DNA of 64,000 bases from Balanoglossus misakiensis (Eukaryota; Animalia; Hemichordata), in NCBI GenBank assembly GCA_040954595.2, contig CM082594.2:8883612-8947611 (forward strand). Reading direction: 5' to 3'. Both the position numbers and the translations under genes were made by a program. Below, piece by piece: positions 27,701 to 41,000 of this stretch. The notes under the pieces are model-generated. The model was not told where the DNA came from. It saw only the letters and a list, made by a program, of their open reading frames with translations, and ran no database searches. Position 1 is the stretch's first letter. Every line of letters starts with the position of its first letter.

Positions 27701-30700
27701 TTACTCGGGGATAAATTCTTCTGCTGGCATTTGGGATATTGCTTGTTTTAGATTTTCGAAGCTGTCACTGTCTTGCACAGTCGTGGTATCCGGGGAGACG
27801 GCGCCATTAGCGGCGGGGTTCGTCGCCATGGCCACCGTCTTGTAACCGTCCTCCTTGGTGTCTGCATCTCTCTTGCCTCTCAGTGTAAACCACGTGAGCA
27901 GAAAGCAGGCGAAGGCAACCATCTTGATGGCGAGTATGATACCAAAGTACTTCATGCGATAGGACGGCAGGTCGTACACCCAACACGCCGCTCGATCACC
28001 GCAGGGAGTCTGTCCCCAGTATTGGCACGTCGAGTCGAATGCAGCGCCGATGTATATAGGTGTGGGAATCCACGCTATAGGAGACAAAAAGTTGTCCGTG
28101 TAGAAAGCAAATAACATGAGTTTGGCAAGTGGTGTTATTAAACTAACTTTGACAAGAATGTGATCTATATAGATCATATTTGATCTATTGGTATGTCACA
28201 TCTAGTAAATGTTTTGAAATAGGAGGGTGTCTTACCGAAGACCTGGGAGAACATCGACCTGAGTCCGAGTGCGAAGGATTTGTCTGTTGGTTTGACGCTC
28301 CTGTAATGGACAAAAGTCATAATTATGATGAGCCCATAGCAGATAAGTAAAAGTTTGGAAGCTATGAAACTCTCTCTCTCTCCCTCCCTCTCTCTCTCCC
28401 CCCTCTATCTCTCTCTCTCTGTTTCTCTCCCCTCTCTCAAATGAAACTCACCTTAACAATATTTCAACAGCTGAAGTTTGTGGTATATGTTTCACCAAGG
28501 ATAAGATGAATGTCAGAAGTGTGAACACAACCAGCTGTTTCGTACACTGCCGTCCACAGATTCCGGGCTTGGAAGATCCACCGTCAACTTCTAACAGAGT
28601 ATATTCAGCGTCATCTGACAGCTTTGTTAAATCAAAACTCGTTGCTTTTCTGCTGTTGGTGCCGAAGTCTGGCGTGGTTGTTGCTTCGTCCAGTTGGGTA
28701 TGTGTACTTTGGTTCTTCGTTTCTTGAGCAGTGACATTTGCTGCGGTTGTTGTGACTTGCTCCAGCGCATAATACCTATCTCCGTCAGTGGACACTCCTT
28801 CAGTGGCAAATGATGCGCCATTGATGTGCGTCGTTTGTCTTTCTGTCTCCATATCGTCTACGCATGTGCAGCCGGTTAAAGTCTGTGAAGTAAAAGAAAA
28901 CCAAATCACACGAATATGTCGGATTATTAAGGGTAGGCAGACGGAAGAGAAACAAAACGAAATAAAACACCTTATGGCACAATCGCATTCCTTACAGGAG
29001 TGTCACCTTGGTAACCGTTCTTGCACCGGGTTTCTGAGCATAACACAACGGGTACTATCTTTTCAAACTTACCACGTTAGTCCCACCAGGAATCTCTGAC
29101 AATCCTCGACATCCCGCAAGACAGGCTGAATAGTAAGTGACACCGTTGGAACCACAGACTGGATTAAAGGGCGCATTTGGAGGACAAGAACATTCGCTAT
29201 TACACTGTGCACTGAGACCACTTGAAACACTGGTGTCACTATTACTGGAACACAAATTAAGATTTCATGAGATATGTACATCCAGTAAGAGGTTTCACCT
29301 CACATCGCATGACTAGGATCAGAGTCTAAAAATAACTTCAACGGTATGTCGCGTGTCACACATGTAATGTTCCATGGGTACCATGATTTGAACTTACTTG
29401 CCAAATGTATATGGATGATTGATCCCGGCAAAGGTGTAGTTTTCACAACCAATAAACAGCATTGGAAGAATTAAAACCAAACATACGACCTGGATCACAG
29501 TCGCATTCCTGGCAATGGTTTTCAAGGTCGGTTTGAACTTTCGCAAGAGGACGCCACCAACGAAGATGCCAGAAACAGAAGGGATGACGAAACCAATTGC
29601 TGCATAGATAATGGACACATAATTTTAATAATTATGTAAATACATAGCGTTAATATCAGGATCCGTTACACATAGAAGTACTTAAAGGTGCAGTGCTACC
29701 TAATAAACTTATTCACATCTGCAAAATTCTTTCAGTTTACTATACCGATCTATAACTTACCGACGATCATGGCGGCCAGAGATACGCTGGTTCTGAACTG
29801 GTTGAGAACATACTTGGTGCTGAACGACAGCACAGCGCCCAGCATAGCCGCATCGGCTGTGGTGGCTAGTATTACACACATCAATGTGGAGTTCGTGAAA
29901 AGACGCTTCATCGATCTCGGAAATTCTTTATTTCGAAAGGAAAGGCGATAAAACAACATAGATTAACACTTAAGTTGTTAGAACGTCCACGACTAGCCTA
30001 GGTTAGGTGTAAAAAAAGTAGAAATAGGTGTAAAATCACGACCACAAACCAAACAGTTGCTTGGTACTCTAATTCAAAACCTCGGGTGTTTTTTAAACGA
30101 TACGGTCCGCCTGAAAAATAACTGAAGGTATAGGTGTAAACGCACGCCTGCTTATGATCTTACCTTTCAATTTGTCGTGTAGGTACATCTGTTTAGCAAT
30201 CTCTCTGTCGCCCCTTGCACTCGCATCATCATCCTCATTTGGTTTCCTTAATTTCTTCGGTAGCATCAACAGTGGGATCACGCATAGGATCAGCGCCACG
30301 GCGTTGAAGAAGTAACCCAGCCACCAGGCACCTACCCAGCGAGGGTCGGACTTGTTGATCCCGATGGTAGACGTGTCAACTCGATAGTAATCAACGTATA
30401 TGCTGTTAAAGTATGCCGCCATCGGATAACCTATCAGCGGACCGATGCCGTACATCGCAAAGAGAATTCCTGGAACAGAATGGAAGAAATTGTTCAGAGA
30501 CTTTCCTAATGTGGCCTTCATAGAGAGGTGGAATTTATAGTGTAGCAAGGTGGCCACAATATACAGGTGGCCACTAACACTGGCTCCATTGTATATTAAA
30601 TTACTAAATTAATAAAAAAAAGAAGTACATCTTCTAAGAAATGTTGTCCAAATCTCAAAAATAACAAATAAAATGGTTCAAATTGTGTTGGCATACAAAA

Positions 30701-31479
30701 AATGATTTACGTTATTACAATACGCGGCCAATATTGCTTGATAGAAAGATGCACCAAATGGAAGGCTTACCACAATATAAGGGCGACTTCTTCCGTTCCA
30801 CGTGGTCATCAATATATGGAATGCCCAGCGTGAACAGAGGAGTGATTCCGAAACCCATGAAGAATAAGCCAAGAAATATACAGGGCAACACGGCCACACT
30901 GTGCCCGGACACTTCCTCGCTGCCACAGCCAGGACCAACGAGTTGACTGGGATCAACGGTGTGGTTTCCCGGCGAACAGAGCCCAACCGAGGTGTTTCGG
31001 ACCGCCAAGTTCCCGTACTCGTACAGATCAGACATAAACTGAGTCGAGCCAATTATCAGTAGACCCACGGCGATCAGCAGAATGTTGAACCCGATCCAAC
31101 GCGGTCGATGGCTGTTCGTCTGGCCGCCCAGATACGTCACAATGGGAAGGGATGCCAGGGAGGAGATGTCGAAGAAAGTGAAGCCCGCCCCGATCACTTT
31201 GGACGACAGACCGAACTGCCTCTCCCAGTTCACCACAGCCGTTGAAAATAGAGCCACATTGAGAGCCACGGACACCGTTGTCAACAGTATTATCACGAAC
31301 GCAACCTTGACGTTGGCAAGGAACTGGAGACTTTTTGGTCGCCATGGTCCTATTCCACAGGTGTAGTCGTCATCCACGTGATCACTGCGCGTGTGCGGTG
31401 ATTGGTCACCGTCAACGGGCCTGATCATTGGGATCTCAGTCTCCTGGTCCCTCGGCTCTTCGCTTTGGTTGACTGACAT
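27701..31479 (-). CDS. Organic anion transporting polypeptide (SLCO/OATP); exons 30771-31479, 30164-30469, 29761-29925, 29398-29599, 29073-29244, 28452-28882, 28236-28300, 27701-28074
   Basis: N-terminal CGIGPWRPKSLQ, HRPRWIG, LGIPYIDDHVERKKSPLY, the OATP signature DPRWVGAWWLG, Kazal-like CNSECSC...FNPVCGSNGVTYYSACLAGC, and C-terminal IPTPIYIGAAFDSTCQYW...CG...ACWVYD. Consistent GT-AG phases. Subfamily not assignable by eye. Confidence 0.95.
28371..28437. repeat. (CT)n-rich microsatellite in an SLCO intron
   Basis: Imperfect ctctct/ccct run. Confidence 0.85.
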
Positions 31480-33522
31480 TGCGTGTTCCTTGTAACTGAA
31501 AGAGATCAGAGGTAAATTTTAACCATTTAACCACCATTCCCACTAGCCTAAATTTAGATAAAGATTTAGTAACTACCATAGTCGATAGAATGATTCTGGT
31601 GGGAAAAAAACATCAAAATTAAATTTAAGGTTCTGCGGCGAAAAGAGTAATTCTTCAAACCAACTCAGGGGTGACCTAGAATACAGGTCAGGTGAACTCA
31701 CCGTTTTCTTTACAGTGATAGAAAGTTTGATGGGCATTGGGTGACATTCATTGTGCCGGTTCAATGACAAGAATTTGGAACGACTCTTTCAATTTAGGAC
31801 AAAACTTCTTTCCTTTTCGTCAGAAGTGGTCAAAGTTCACACACAGTACTATCGTGCCTGCGAAACGCGCACATCAAAGAATGCGACTAAAGCCAGAAAA
31901 AAACTATGCAAGAAAGTCTTCAAGTCTCTTTCTTCCTTTGCAACATTCTTTCTTTCACATGGAATCACTGGTTAGTTTTGACCAGTGTTTTCGAGTATAC
32001 TAGTCTTATTTTCATGGGGGAAGGAGGAACATTGAAATTAAATTTTACCCCCGACAGAAATTTAAATGTCAACAATGGCATTGCACCTTACACGGACGCA
32101 TACTTTGACAAGATCACCTTTCTTGTTGCCGCATAGACGAAAATAGTGAAATAATCATCATAAAAGTTCAGCTACTGTCCCTCCAAGCCAGTTTACCTGA
32201 CAAACGGGGACACGACAACATACTGTGCGTGTGACACACATTTAAAGTTATAACAGCAAGACAGCGAAGGTGATCTAGCGAGAATGGTGTCAACAAGATA
32301 TGTGAAAGTTCACATTTTGTAAGCCTTCAGTAATCGGAAAACATATATAACGTATACTTACTTTCCTTGCGCACTACACAGAAGATGGGGCAGATTACAC
32401 TCCCGGTACGGATGCAACTACAGGAGAAGTCACCGGGTTCATTTAGGTAAACATATCTCGTGATTGCGGCCTCCAAGACACTCAAATGCAAATTGTTTTG
32501 TCATTGAAAAGGCAGGCCTCCACCACTCATTATTATGCAAACTCTGAGGCGTGACGACTGGGTTGTCCTCTGCTGATTTGTCTTGTGGCTTTCGACTTTA
32601 ATAGGAGGGACCGGTGGTTGGGTACTGTGTGCTGAGAATGCTCAATCGGAGTCTGTGGGTTTTTCATATATACAATTGCGTCAAAAATGACAGACGCCAT
32701 GGAATGCATATTCGGACTCGGTTCGCATTTTAGATATACATAGACGTAAAATCGCCAAGCGTCAAATTATTCACATGCAAGTACACGGCCAGAAAATCAG
32801 CCATTGCCATGGTAATGCAAGATCTACAAAGAGTTGACCAATACGGTCGGCTTTACTAACAAGGTGACACACAGCACAGGCGCCTCGCATGAACCTGTTC
32901 ACATGTCTAAATTTAGCAACGCGCAATTACGTCATCAGCGCAAACTGGGCCTTTTAGTCATTCGTATGTCTCAAAACAATGTCAACCATAGATATAAATA
33001 GAATGCAGACTTCATTCAAATACAGATTGGTATATGTGTACGTTTTTTTTAATTCAATGACTATAATTCTAAAATGACAATGTCACTTATAAATAAACAT
33101 TACTCACAGTATATTTTCCCAGAAAGACGAGGCTAGACCAATTGGCTCGTCTTTCACCTCAATTTAAAATACTGAAATTTCAAGTTTTAAACAAGAAACA
33201 CGAATCATGCAAACAGCTGTCTGAAATAATCGTGTAAAGTACAAAGACTTCTGTGTACATAGAAATGTAAAAAAATGAATTAAATATCACCAAACTGAAT
33301 GTTGCTAAGCAAAATGTAAAAACAGGTTGTTCAAAATCTCTTATAAACCTATACTACACTTTGGGTCGTTTATACAAAACTTATGACTACATTGAGTGGC
33401 CAAGTCAAAAACTTGTGTTTTATGATGTGCGTTTGGAAAGGAAAATTGACCGCAGATTGTGGCGATCCATCATGATATATATGACGAGCTTGTTCGTGTG
33501 TTTCACAACAATCTTCAGAAGC

Positions 33523-35771
33523 TTATATCTGTTCCAAAAATAATTGATGTGATGATTTTATATCTTTGCAATCTCGCAAATCTGTCTGCAATTTTCGGGC
33601 TCTTTCCAAACACGCAGCAATGTTCTCATCATTTATTTTATCAACTATCGCTTTATGCACATTTTTCGTGTCTTCCTCCCAGGGATCGTTAGTTATCCCG
33701 GTATCAACACTAACAAACTCATCATGGTCGCTTCGAGGGAATACATCCAGCAGAAATTGCACAATTCCTGTGTACCCTGGCACAAGAACTGGTATCCCAG
33801 CCTGCATTGCAAGATAAGCAGCGAAATTGAATGAATCTACCTTTTCAGGGGCTACATACAGGCAACTCTGCAAAATACTAGTTTTGAAGTAGCTGAGTGA
33901 TTTGTTCGAATCGATGTTGATTCGGAGATATTTTGAGGATGCTTTGTCTTCCAAATACTTTCTGAACTTTTGAACGAATTTGGGTTCGACTCCGATCACA
34001 TTCCAGACGGGGAGTTTAAACTCATAGTGATGCGGCAAATGACACGAGTTTGCGGCCCTTCCCATTGCCATGGCGAGGAGAGCATAATTTTCGAAATCTT
34101 CCTCATCTTCTAAATTGACCATTGTCAGAACTTGTTTCTTTCGGCCAGGTGGGGTTACCTTCAGGACAATAAAACCATTGGTTATTTGTGGCGAGTGACA
34201 GTAATGAGCGACCTCTTTGTTGACAATTCCTCTGTACTTGTTTTCGAAATGATCGTAAACTTGGGGGCCAACTGAAAAGATCACATCAGCCTGGGCAGCG
34301 TACTCAAACGCCTTCCATTCTCTCTCTGTATCCCTGTGATCCTCAGGAATAGTGAGATTCAAAAGAATCACTTTAGCCCGAGGGAAGATAGATTTTTTCA
34401 ACTCAAAAGCTACCTCTGCTAGTTCATTGTCTGAACATGCTACCAGTGTTTCGACGCCTTGAATTGAGGTGAGGTGGGGATATAGGCTTTCGTGCTGGAA
34501 TAACCAGTCAATCGTTGGATCCTGATTGAGAGATTTTATCTTTTTCTCGTCTGGATGGATTAGAGTGACACCAGTCTTCTGATCTTTGACAAATGGCTTC
34601 ATACTTCTGCTCAGTTCTGTGATGTAAGGCGTCACCTCATTTGCAATGGAGCTGGCCAATTTGTGATAAAACTGGCCCCTTCCATGTGACGAGGACTCTG
34701 ACATTGGGGTCAAGAAGATTGCTGAAATATATAAACGGGTTTGAAAATATAGTCTCATGTAATTACTATAAGATTCTATAACACTGAAGTGTGTGCTTGA
34801 ATTTTGGATTTCACAAAATTGTCTATAGACATACGATTGATCGGTCTCCCCCCCCCCCAAAAAAAAAACATTATGTCAACTTTGAAGGGTGTCGGATCAC
34901 GAAATATAGTTTACCTGATCTTTCGCCGTCACATTTATCAGATTTACGGGTCTGTGGCAGATCTGTTGAGACAGCGCACTGCTGTCGAGTTCCGTCCGCG
35001 ACAAGGCTTGGTTGATTAACTGCAACAGCTGACGTAGTTGGTGATTCATCGTCACGTTGCCAAGGCTGGACCACTGTTTTGCCCTTGTCGCTTCGTTTCG
35101 GATCGTGTTCCTGGAAGCTCAGATAACTCAGTTGTGCCAGTTCGACGTCGTCACGGTGTTCGTGATCTTGTACGGGTTGGCGAGATTCGTGTTGACTTTC
35201 TCCGTGTGTTGACGTCGGGGGCAAATTCTCATCGGTATGTCCACCGCCAACCTCAAACTTGACAACGGCTGTGCCAGATCCGTGGTCGCTCTCATCGTCA
35301 CTGGTCCAACCGGGGTGGGTTTCTTGTATCGGGCTGGATGATTTCCGATTCTCGATCTGTGAGCACCTGTACGCTATTATATCGTCGTCGTCAGTATTTT
35401 CACCGGAAAGGCAAACACTCGACAGTCGTCGAGGTAAGGAGAGTGATAATGACGATCTTCGACGATTAACAAGATCAGACCGGGGAATCTCGTTTCCACT
35501 GTCGAGATCAACTCTAAAAAGTTCAAGAAAGAATACAAGTTCAAATCACCAAATAATTCAAAGTCAACGTCTAACAGAAAATAGTAGGCCAAGCTATCAC
35601 CATTATACTGTTTTTTATAATTCGTGAAAGCTTGTTGATTATCAGACATGACACAAGTTATCGAAATTTCAAATAAATTGGAAGTATGTATACTCACGAG
35701 GCAAATCCGCTATCATGTTCATCTGATTGTTGTCCGGGTTCAGATAAATCTTTGGAAATGGACTGGTCCAT
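33523..35771 (-). CDS. Protein with a disordered N-terminus and a C-terminal degenerate GT-B (GT4/Glycos_transf_1-like) domain; exons 35698-35771, 34915-35513, 33523-34721
   Basis: ATG at 35771; phase-2 and phase-1 introns join in frame (GFAS|VDLD..., ERS|AIFLTP). The last exon carries AAQADVIFSVGPQVYDHFENKYR, WNVIGV and SCLYVAPEKVDSFNFAAYLAMQAGIPVLVPGYTGI, which aligns with the GT4 'PSxxExFGLxxLEAxxxGxPVLV' region. Confidence 0.7.
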
Positions 35772-38012
35772 GACTTGGGATCAGCTGATTATCTACAAGT
35801 AATGAATGATAGAAAATTATGATTTTAATAACTACGTCCTAAATCCAAAACTAACTTCTGAAAACTAAATTGTAGTTTGAAATGCCGCAGTGACTGAATA
35901 TGCAGCTGTTAAGGTCAGAGATTTAGAAGCAGTTATAAGATCATATTGTCGATGAACAACACGGACTGACAATACAGGCTGTGCACACGTCATGTACTTT
36001 TAAAGAGTCTCGGGTGAGTCAGAAAGCAATTCACATTGCACAAGGCGCATTAGTCATTATGACGCTGACAAAGGAACTATCAATAAGCACGACAAGGTAA
36101 GCAAAGAAAATCGAGGAACGCCTTTAGTTATGCTGATACGCATTGCGTGTGCTGCATATTTATGTAGCCTGATGTCAATCCTGTTGAAGTCATACAACAA
36201 TACTGCTTCCGGGTGACGCTGCACGATGGCGCTATTTCCGTTTTACGCACCAGCCAAGTTCCGCCTTAGCGACTGGTTTCGAAAGCCTAAATTGCTGATG
36301 TGAGTGACAAATATAAACCAGAAATCAAACGAATATGGAGACTGAAGCAAGATACACACGCAAACATACACACGGGTATGGCCGTGATATACAGTAGGGA
36401 GAAACTGATTGTTGTTTGTACATTAAAGTCATATGAGGGACACTTTGACGTCCATTGATAGCCTACTGTCTGATGTTTGCAACGCCAAGAGTTGACTTAT
36501 CAAACAACACTTCTGTGGGCCTGCAGTCGACTTTGTTCTGTAATGGTGCTCTGACAAGCAAATAAGTGGGTATTTAGACGTGATTTAGCAAGTAGAAAAA
36601 GAAACTAGTTGACACAAGTAAAGACGCAAGTGTTGAAGAATGGGCAATGCTTACCGTTTGAGGATATTCAGTATGATGCCCGGGTGTGTCGCGGACCTCT
36701 CTCTCCGTCGGACTACTGGTTCTTCGGATTTTGTTCACGACTTGTTTGTAAATTCCCCTCAAATATAACGTCGTTCGGGTATATTTCGATATGTTGTAGT
36801 TTCGTAATCATCACTTGATATAAACGTTACTTATGAAATGATGACATTACCTATATTATAAAAATGCTGCGGACTCTGGACTCGACTCGAAGGCTGCTTC
36901 AAACCGCTCTGGCAAAACAACACCATAAAGCACACACCATCATGCTGGCCTTATCTCAGTCGATCGGGTTTTTTTTAGGCCCCTGGAAATCACCCCGTCC
37001 TGGAACATTCTCACACCACTTCTTTTTTCGTGGCTGATGATGTGGTTTTGAAACGCTGAGTTGCTGAGCATATCTCACTCCTAAAATTTGAACGGTGACC
37101 TCAACAACGATACAAATGCATGTCACTTCGGCCATTTTTTCTAACACACAAAACAAGCCAAGCTCTTGCAGGTGGATACGTGTGGGCGGGGGTTAAAGTT
37201 TAAGTGGATCCAGGTTGACAAAGTTGAGAAGTGCTCTCCCTGTTCAATATTACTTTTGATTTTATGATCATTTTTCTTCTTCTTTTTTTGCAGTTCAGTT
37301 ACTACAAGGTGTACTTAAGTATCTGTCGAAGACTTCAAACGGTAAAAATAACCCTCACACCATTTGTTTCGAAACTAGCAGCTATAGGAGGTGTTTTCCG
37401 ATTGGACGTAATACCAATTCATCAATGACCAACTATTGGCTAAGAATCAAAATTACCCCTAGTCCTTAGCAACCGGTTTCAGGGTTTATCGAAAGCGCGA
37501 TCTTTCTCGCTGTTTGGCTTGCACAGCATCGAGTAACCAATCACAATTTCTGGCGAGTAAAGCTCATAATTATCTTTTTTATATCTTAGTTCGTAGGGGA
37601 GTTCCACATTGCCTGTAATGAGAACCGTGCTTTGAAGAAATACATACGTATTTACGTGAAGTCCCGTGGCCAACGTAAGTCATGAGGTAATCTCCATTTC
37701 GCAGTTCTTAACGTCAGCCTGCTGATAGACTTTTGTCATAGAAATATACAATAATATACAATTATATACATTTTTGGCAATGCTTCAGCCATCTTCAATT
37801 TCAACCTATGTCTTCTGATTATTAAATATTGCACTAGCTATAGTCCACTATAATTCTATTAAATATAGTATGTAAATAAAATCCTCAGCAATCATCTGTG
37901 GTTTGATTCTCTCGTTTTTTTGTCATTATAGAGCCAGATTTTGTCACATATTAATATCCATACGCTTAACTGTATATCACCAATCTCACGTCTTGCTTGT
38001 GTCACGTGTGTT

Positions 38013-41000
38013 CTAATACGAATCAGCTGACGTCAGCGTTTCCAGTTTGTCCAATGCGGTGCTCAGTTTGCCAATTTCTTCCATGTTTTTCACTCCCAGC
38101 TCTTTGTGTGCGTAGTCGTAGAAGAATTCCGGAGCCTTGAAGTAAGCAAGACGACACAAAATGAACGAAGCAGTGGGAAAATGAGCAGCCATTTGAAAAA
38201 TACTGCATCAAATTTCAACAAACTGCAACAAATAACAGCATTTCACCGAAAACGTGAAATAAAAAGAATACAACTAATATACTGACCTCAATTCTTAAAT
38301 GCATCATCGATACAAGATTTGGTCCGGTAAGCTCAGCGCTCAGACTACAAACACAATGCAGAGTGAAACTTGAAGTTCATTACCCGTGGAACAATTATTG
38401 CATGTTTAACGCAGCATACTTTGGCTTGAACTCTCCCCCTCCTTTCCCTCTCTACCTCTACCTCCACCTCTCTCTCCACTCGTCTCCTCACTCTCCCCTC
38501 CCCTCTCTCTCCCTCCTCTCTCTCGTACAACAGGATAAGAAAAGAATAGACATAACACGAAAATCGAAACTTACAATTCGAGATTGTTCTGTTTCAGCCA
38601 TGCTGCCACTCCCATTTCGCTCCATTTCTTGGCCGGGTGGTATCTCATTGACGGTTTGATTCTGTCTGCAACGACGCTCTTCACACTGGAACCGCTCTGG
38701 GCTTGTTTTGCGACCCGTTTCATCAAATCGTCCAGTCCCTTATCCACAGACTGTGTGAAATCGACGTACAGCCTCTGGGCAACGACTAAACCAAGCCAGT
38801 TCATAGGTTTGTAATTCTCTAACCTGAGAGGGATGATGTGTTTTCCGTGTTCCATGGCATACTCCGCTTCTACGATAGAAGTTTGAAGTTGAAAACATCA
38901 AACCGTGAAGTAAACCTCACCTAGCTGACAGGAAAACCCTAATAGACCATTTCCGAACCCCACGAGACCCTGCGAGATCTCGCGTGACCAGGCACATGCC
39001 ACAGGCTAAATGCAAATTAGAGGTGTTTGCGTTCTCATACTGTAAGCACCAATATGCTATAAGTATACTTACCTCGTCTGCAGTTTGGGCTTTCGTAGTA
39101 AGCCTCTGCGATGCAAATCAGAACAATTGATGCGTTGTTGACAGCGTCGGCCATTGATTCTGTCAGAGATCCTCCCATTTTCTCCACATCAATCCACACA
39201 CCATAACCGTTTCTTTCCAAGAACTTCTTTATCTTGATGATCAAACTCTGGTAGCGCCAAGGGTAGCTAATCATGATGTGTCCACTCTTGTTTGTCGCTG
39301 CTTTGTCAGACACTGGTTTTTCTTTTGATGAGAACAAAAATATGTTAATTAGTATAAAAAGTATCTGAAAAAGCGGAAGTTTGAAAGAAATTCGCTATTC
39401 ACCCGGAAGTGATCGATCTGAATATAGTTCCCGGACTTACCTTTCTTGTCTTGCAAATTACTGAGGGCGCCGTGGGCTGCTTTCTTCACTCTCTGACTTC
39501 CGGTATCCAGAGAGCGGATGGTTAGGAGTGATTTTATGATGCTCTTGTTCTCTTTCAGTTTAGTTTTACAGTCGTCGTTGAAGGACAGATGATAAATGAT
39601 TTCGACGCCATAGTACTGTTCAGATTCGGTTTTCCTGGCCATAAGTTTCTCGCAGACCTCTAAGAGGCCAGCGCCGAGTAACTTCTCGTGGTGTTGTCGG
39701 TTATTTGCAGTGGCTCGGATTGAGTATGCCACCGCCTGAAAATTAAAACAAAGTGAGGTTTCATTGTGGTCCTATCCATGTTAGCTTAGGGGAGAACCAT
39801 TTGATTTCTGGGAGTTGAGGATTTTTGGAAACATATCACCAGGTGGGTGCGGTGCACACATCACTCTTACCTCAATTGAGATGGTCCCATAGCCATATTT
39901 GATGTATTCTACGCTCGAGTCTGATATATCGTTCTTGTGAAGTAGTTTTAAGCAGTGAGTGATGGAGTCATCGTCTGTATGACCCTCTTCAGTCTCCCGG
40001 TCTAAATTCACAACATCCAACATCATATAAGACATCAGCCTGAACACGTCATCTTCTGAGGTCTTGAAGTGGGTCATCGTTTCAATGACCCCGTGCTCGA
40101 CGAAGTATGATCTCTTCACTCCGCAGCGCAGGCTGTTGAACAACAATCCGATGTAATAGAACACAATATCTTTAATTGCATCCTGAAAAAAAATACAGAA
40201 TTACTGTCGTCAATGATAATCAAACATAAACCCTTGGAACAATTATTGCACGCCTAACTTAGTAGACCTTAACTCTCTTCCTCACTTAAGGTAAAAAGTT
40301 ATTGAAAGAAAATTAACAAAGTGAACGTCACCTGTCATAAATCAATTTATGCGTATACTGTACATCCGTGACATATATATAGTTCTAATCTTTAATTTAA
40401 AATCGCAAAATGCCGATTTTCTCACCTCTTTATATTTTTTCAGTATATCTTCTACGTGCCCATGTACGTGTATGCTGACGTAAGGTTCCTTCATTAAATT
40501 TCTAAGAATCTCCGCCAGAAACCCACTTTCCATCAGATGGTGACAAACGATTGGACTTTCGCTCGATGTGTTCAGCAGCGTATGTAAAACCTTTCTATAT
40601 ATCACTGTGGCATCTGTTACAACGTCCTGGTCGAGTTCTGTGTGCCAGCAAGCGAAAAGGGTTGATGCGAATTCCTGCAAAGCTATATCTAGACCATCAC
40701 AGGCGCACTGATCGGACAATACTCGCAATTTTTGCGATGGGCGGAGAAATTCTGCGTGGAACTTGTCAATTTTGTATTCGTAATAAGCATCGGAAACGTC
40801 TTTGAGCAGGGAGGTCAAATCGCTTTTACTTCCGGTTTTCAGTCCCTTCGTTGCATTTTCTATGACGAATTTGGCCTTGATAAAATCAGCCTGGTGTTCC
40901 AGAAAGTCGATTTCCGGCTGCTCTAATTTTTTGGTCCGGAATTCCTGAAGATATGTCTCCATAGCTTCGTCTCGAACAGCCTCGACGGGTTGAGGCCCGA

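Noticed and set aside
35377-35697. 106-aa ORF considered as a death-fold N-terminus of the GT-like gene
   Set aside because: It terminates at 35377 and cannot join the downstream exon; a different frame gives a continuous spliced CDS.
35950-37750. Possible small gene or ncRNA between the GT-like and TIR-A genes (CpG patches, ETS/YY1-like motifs, isolated donors)
   Set aside because: No consistent exon chain or RNA structure could be built; most simply the promoter/5'UTR of the GT-like gene plus repeat remnants.
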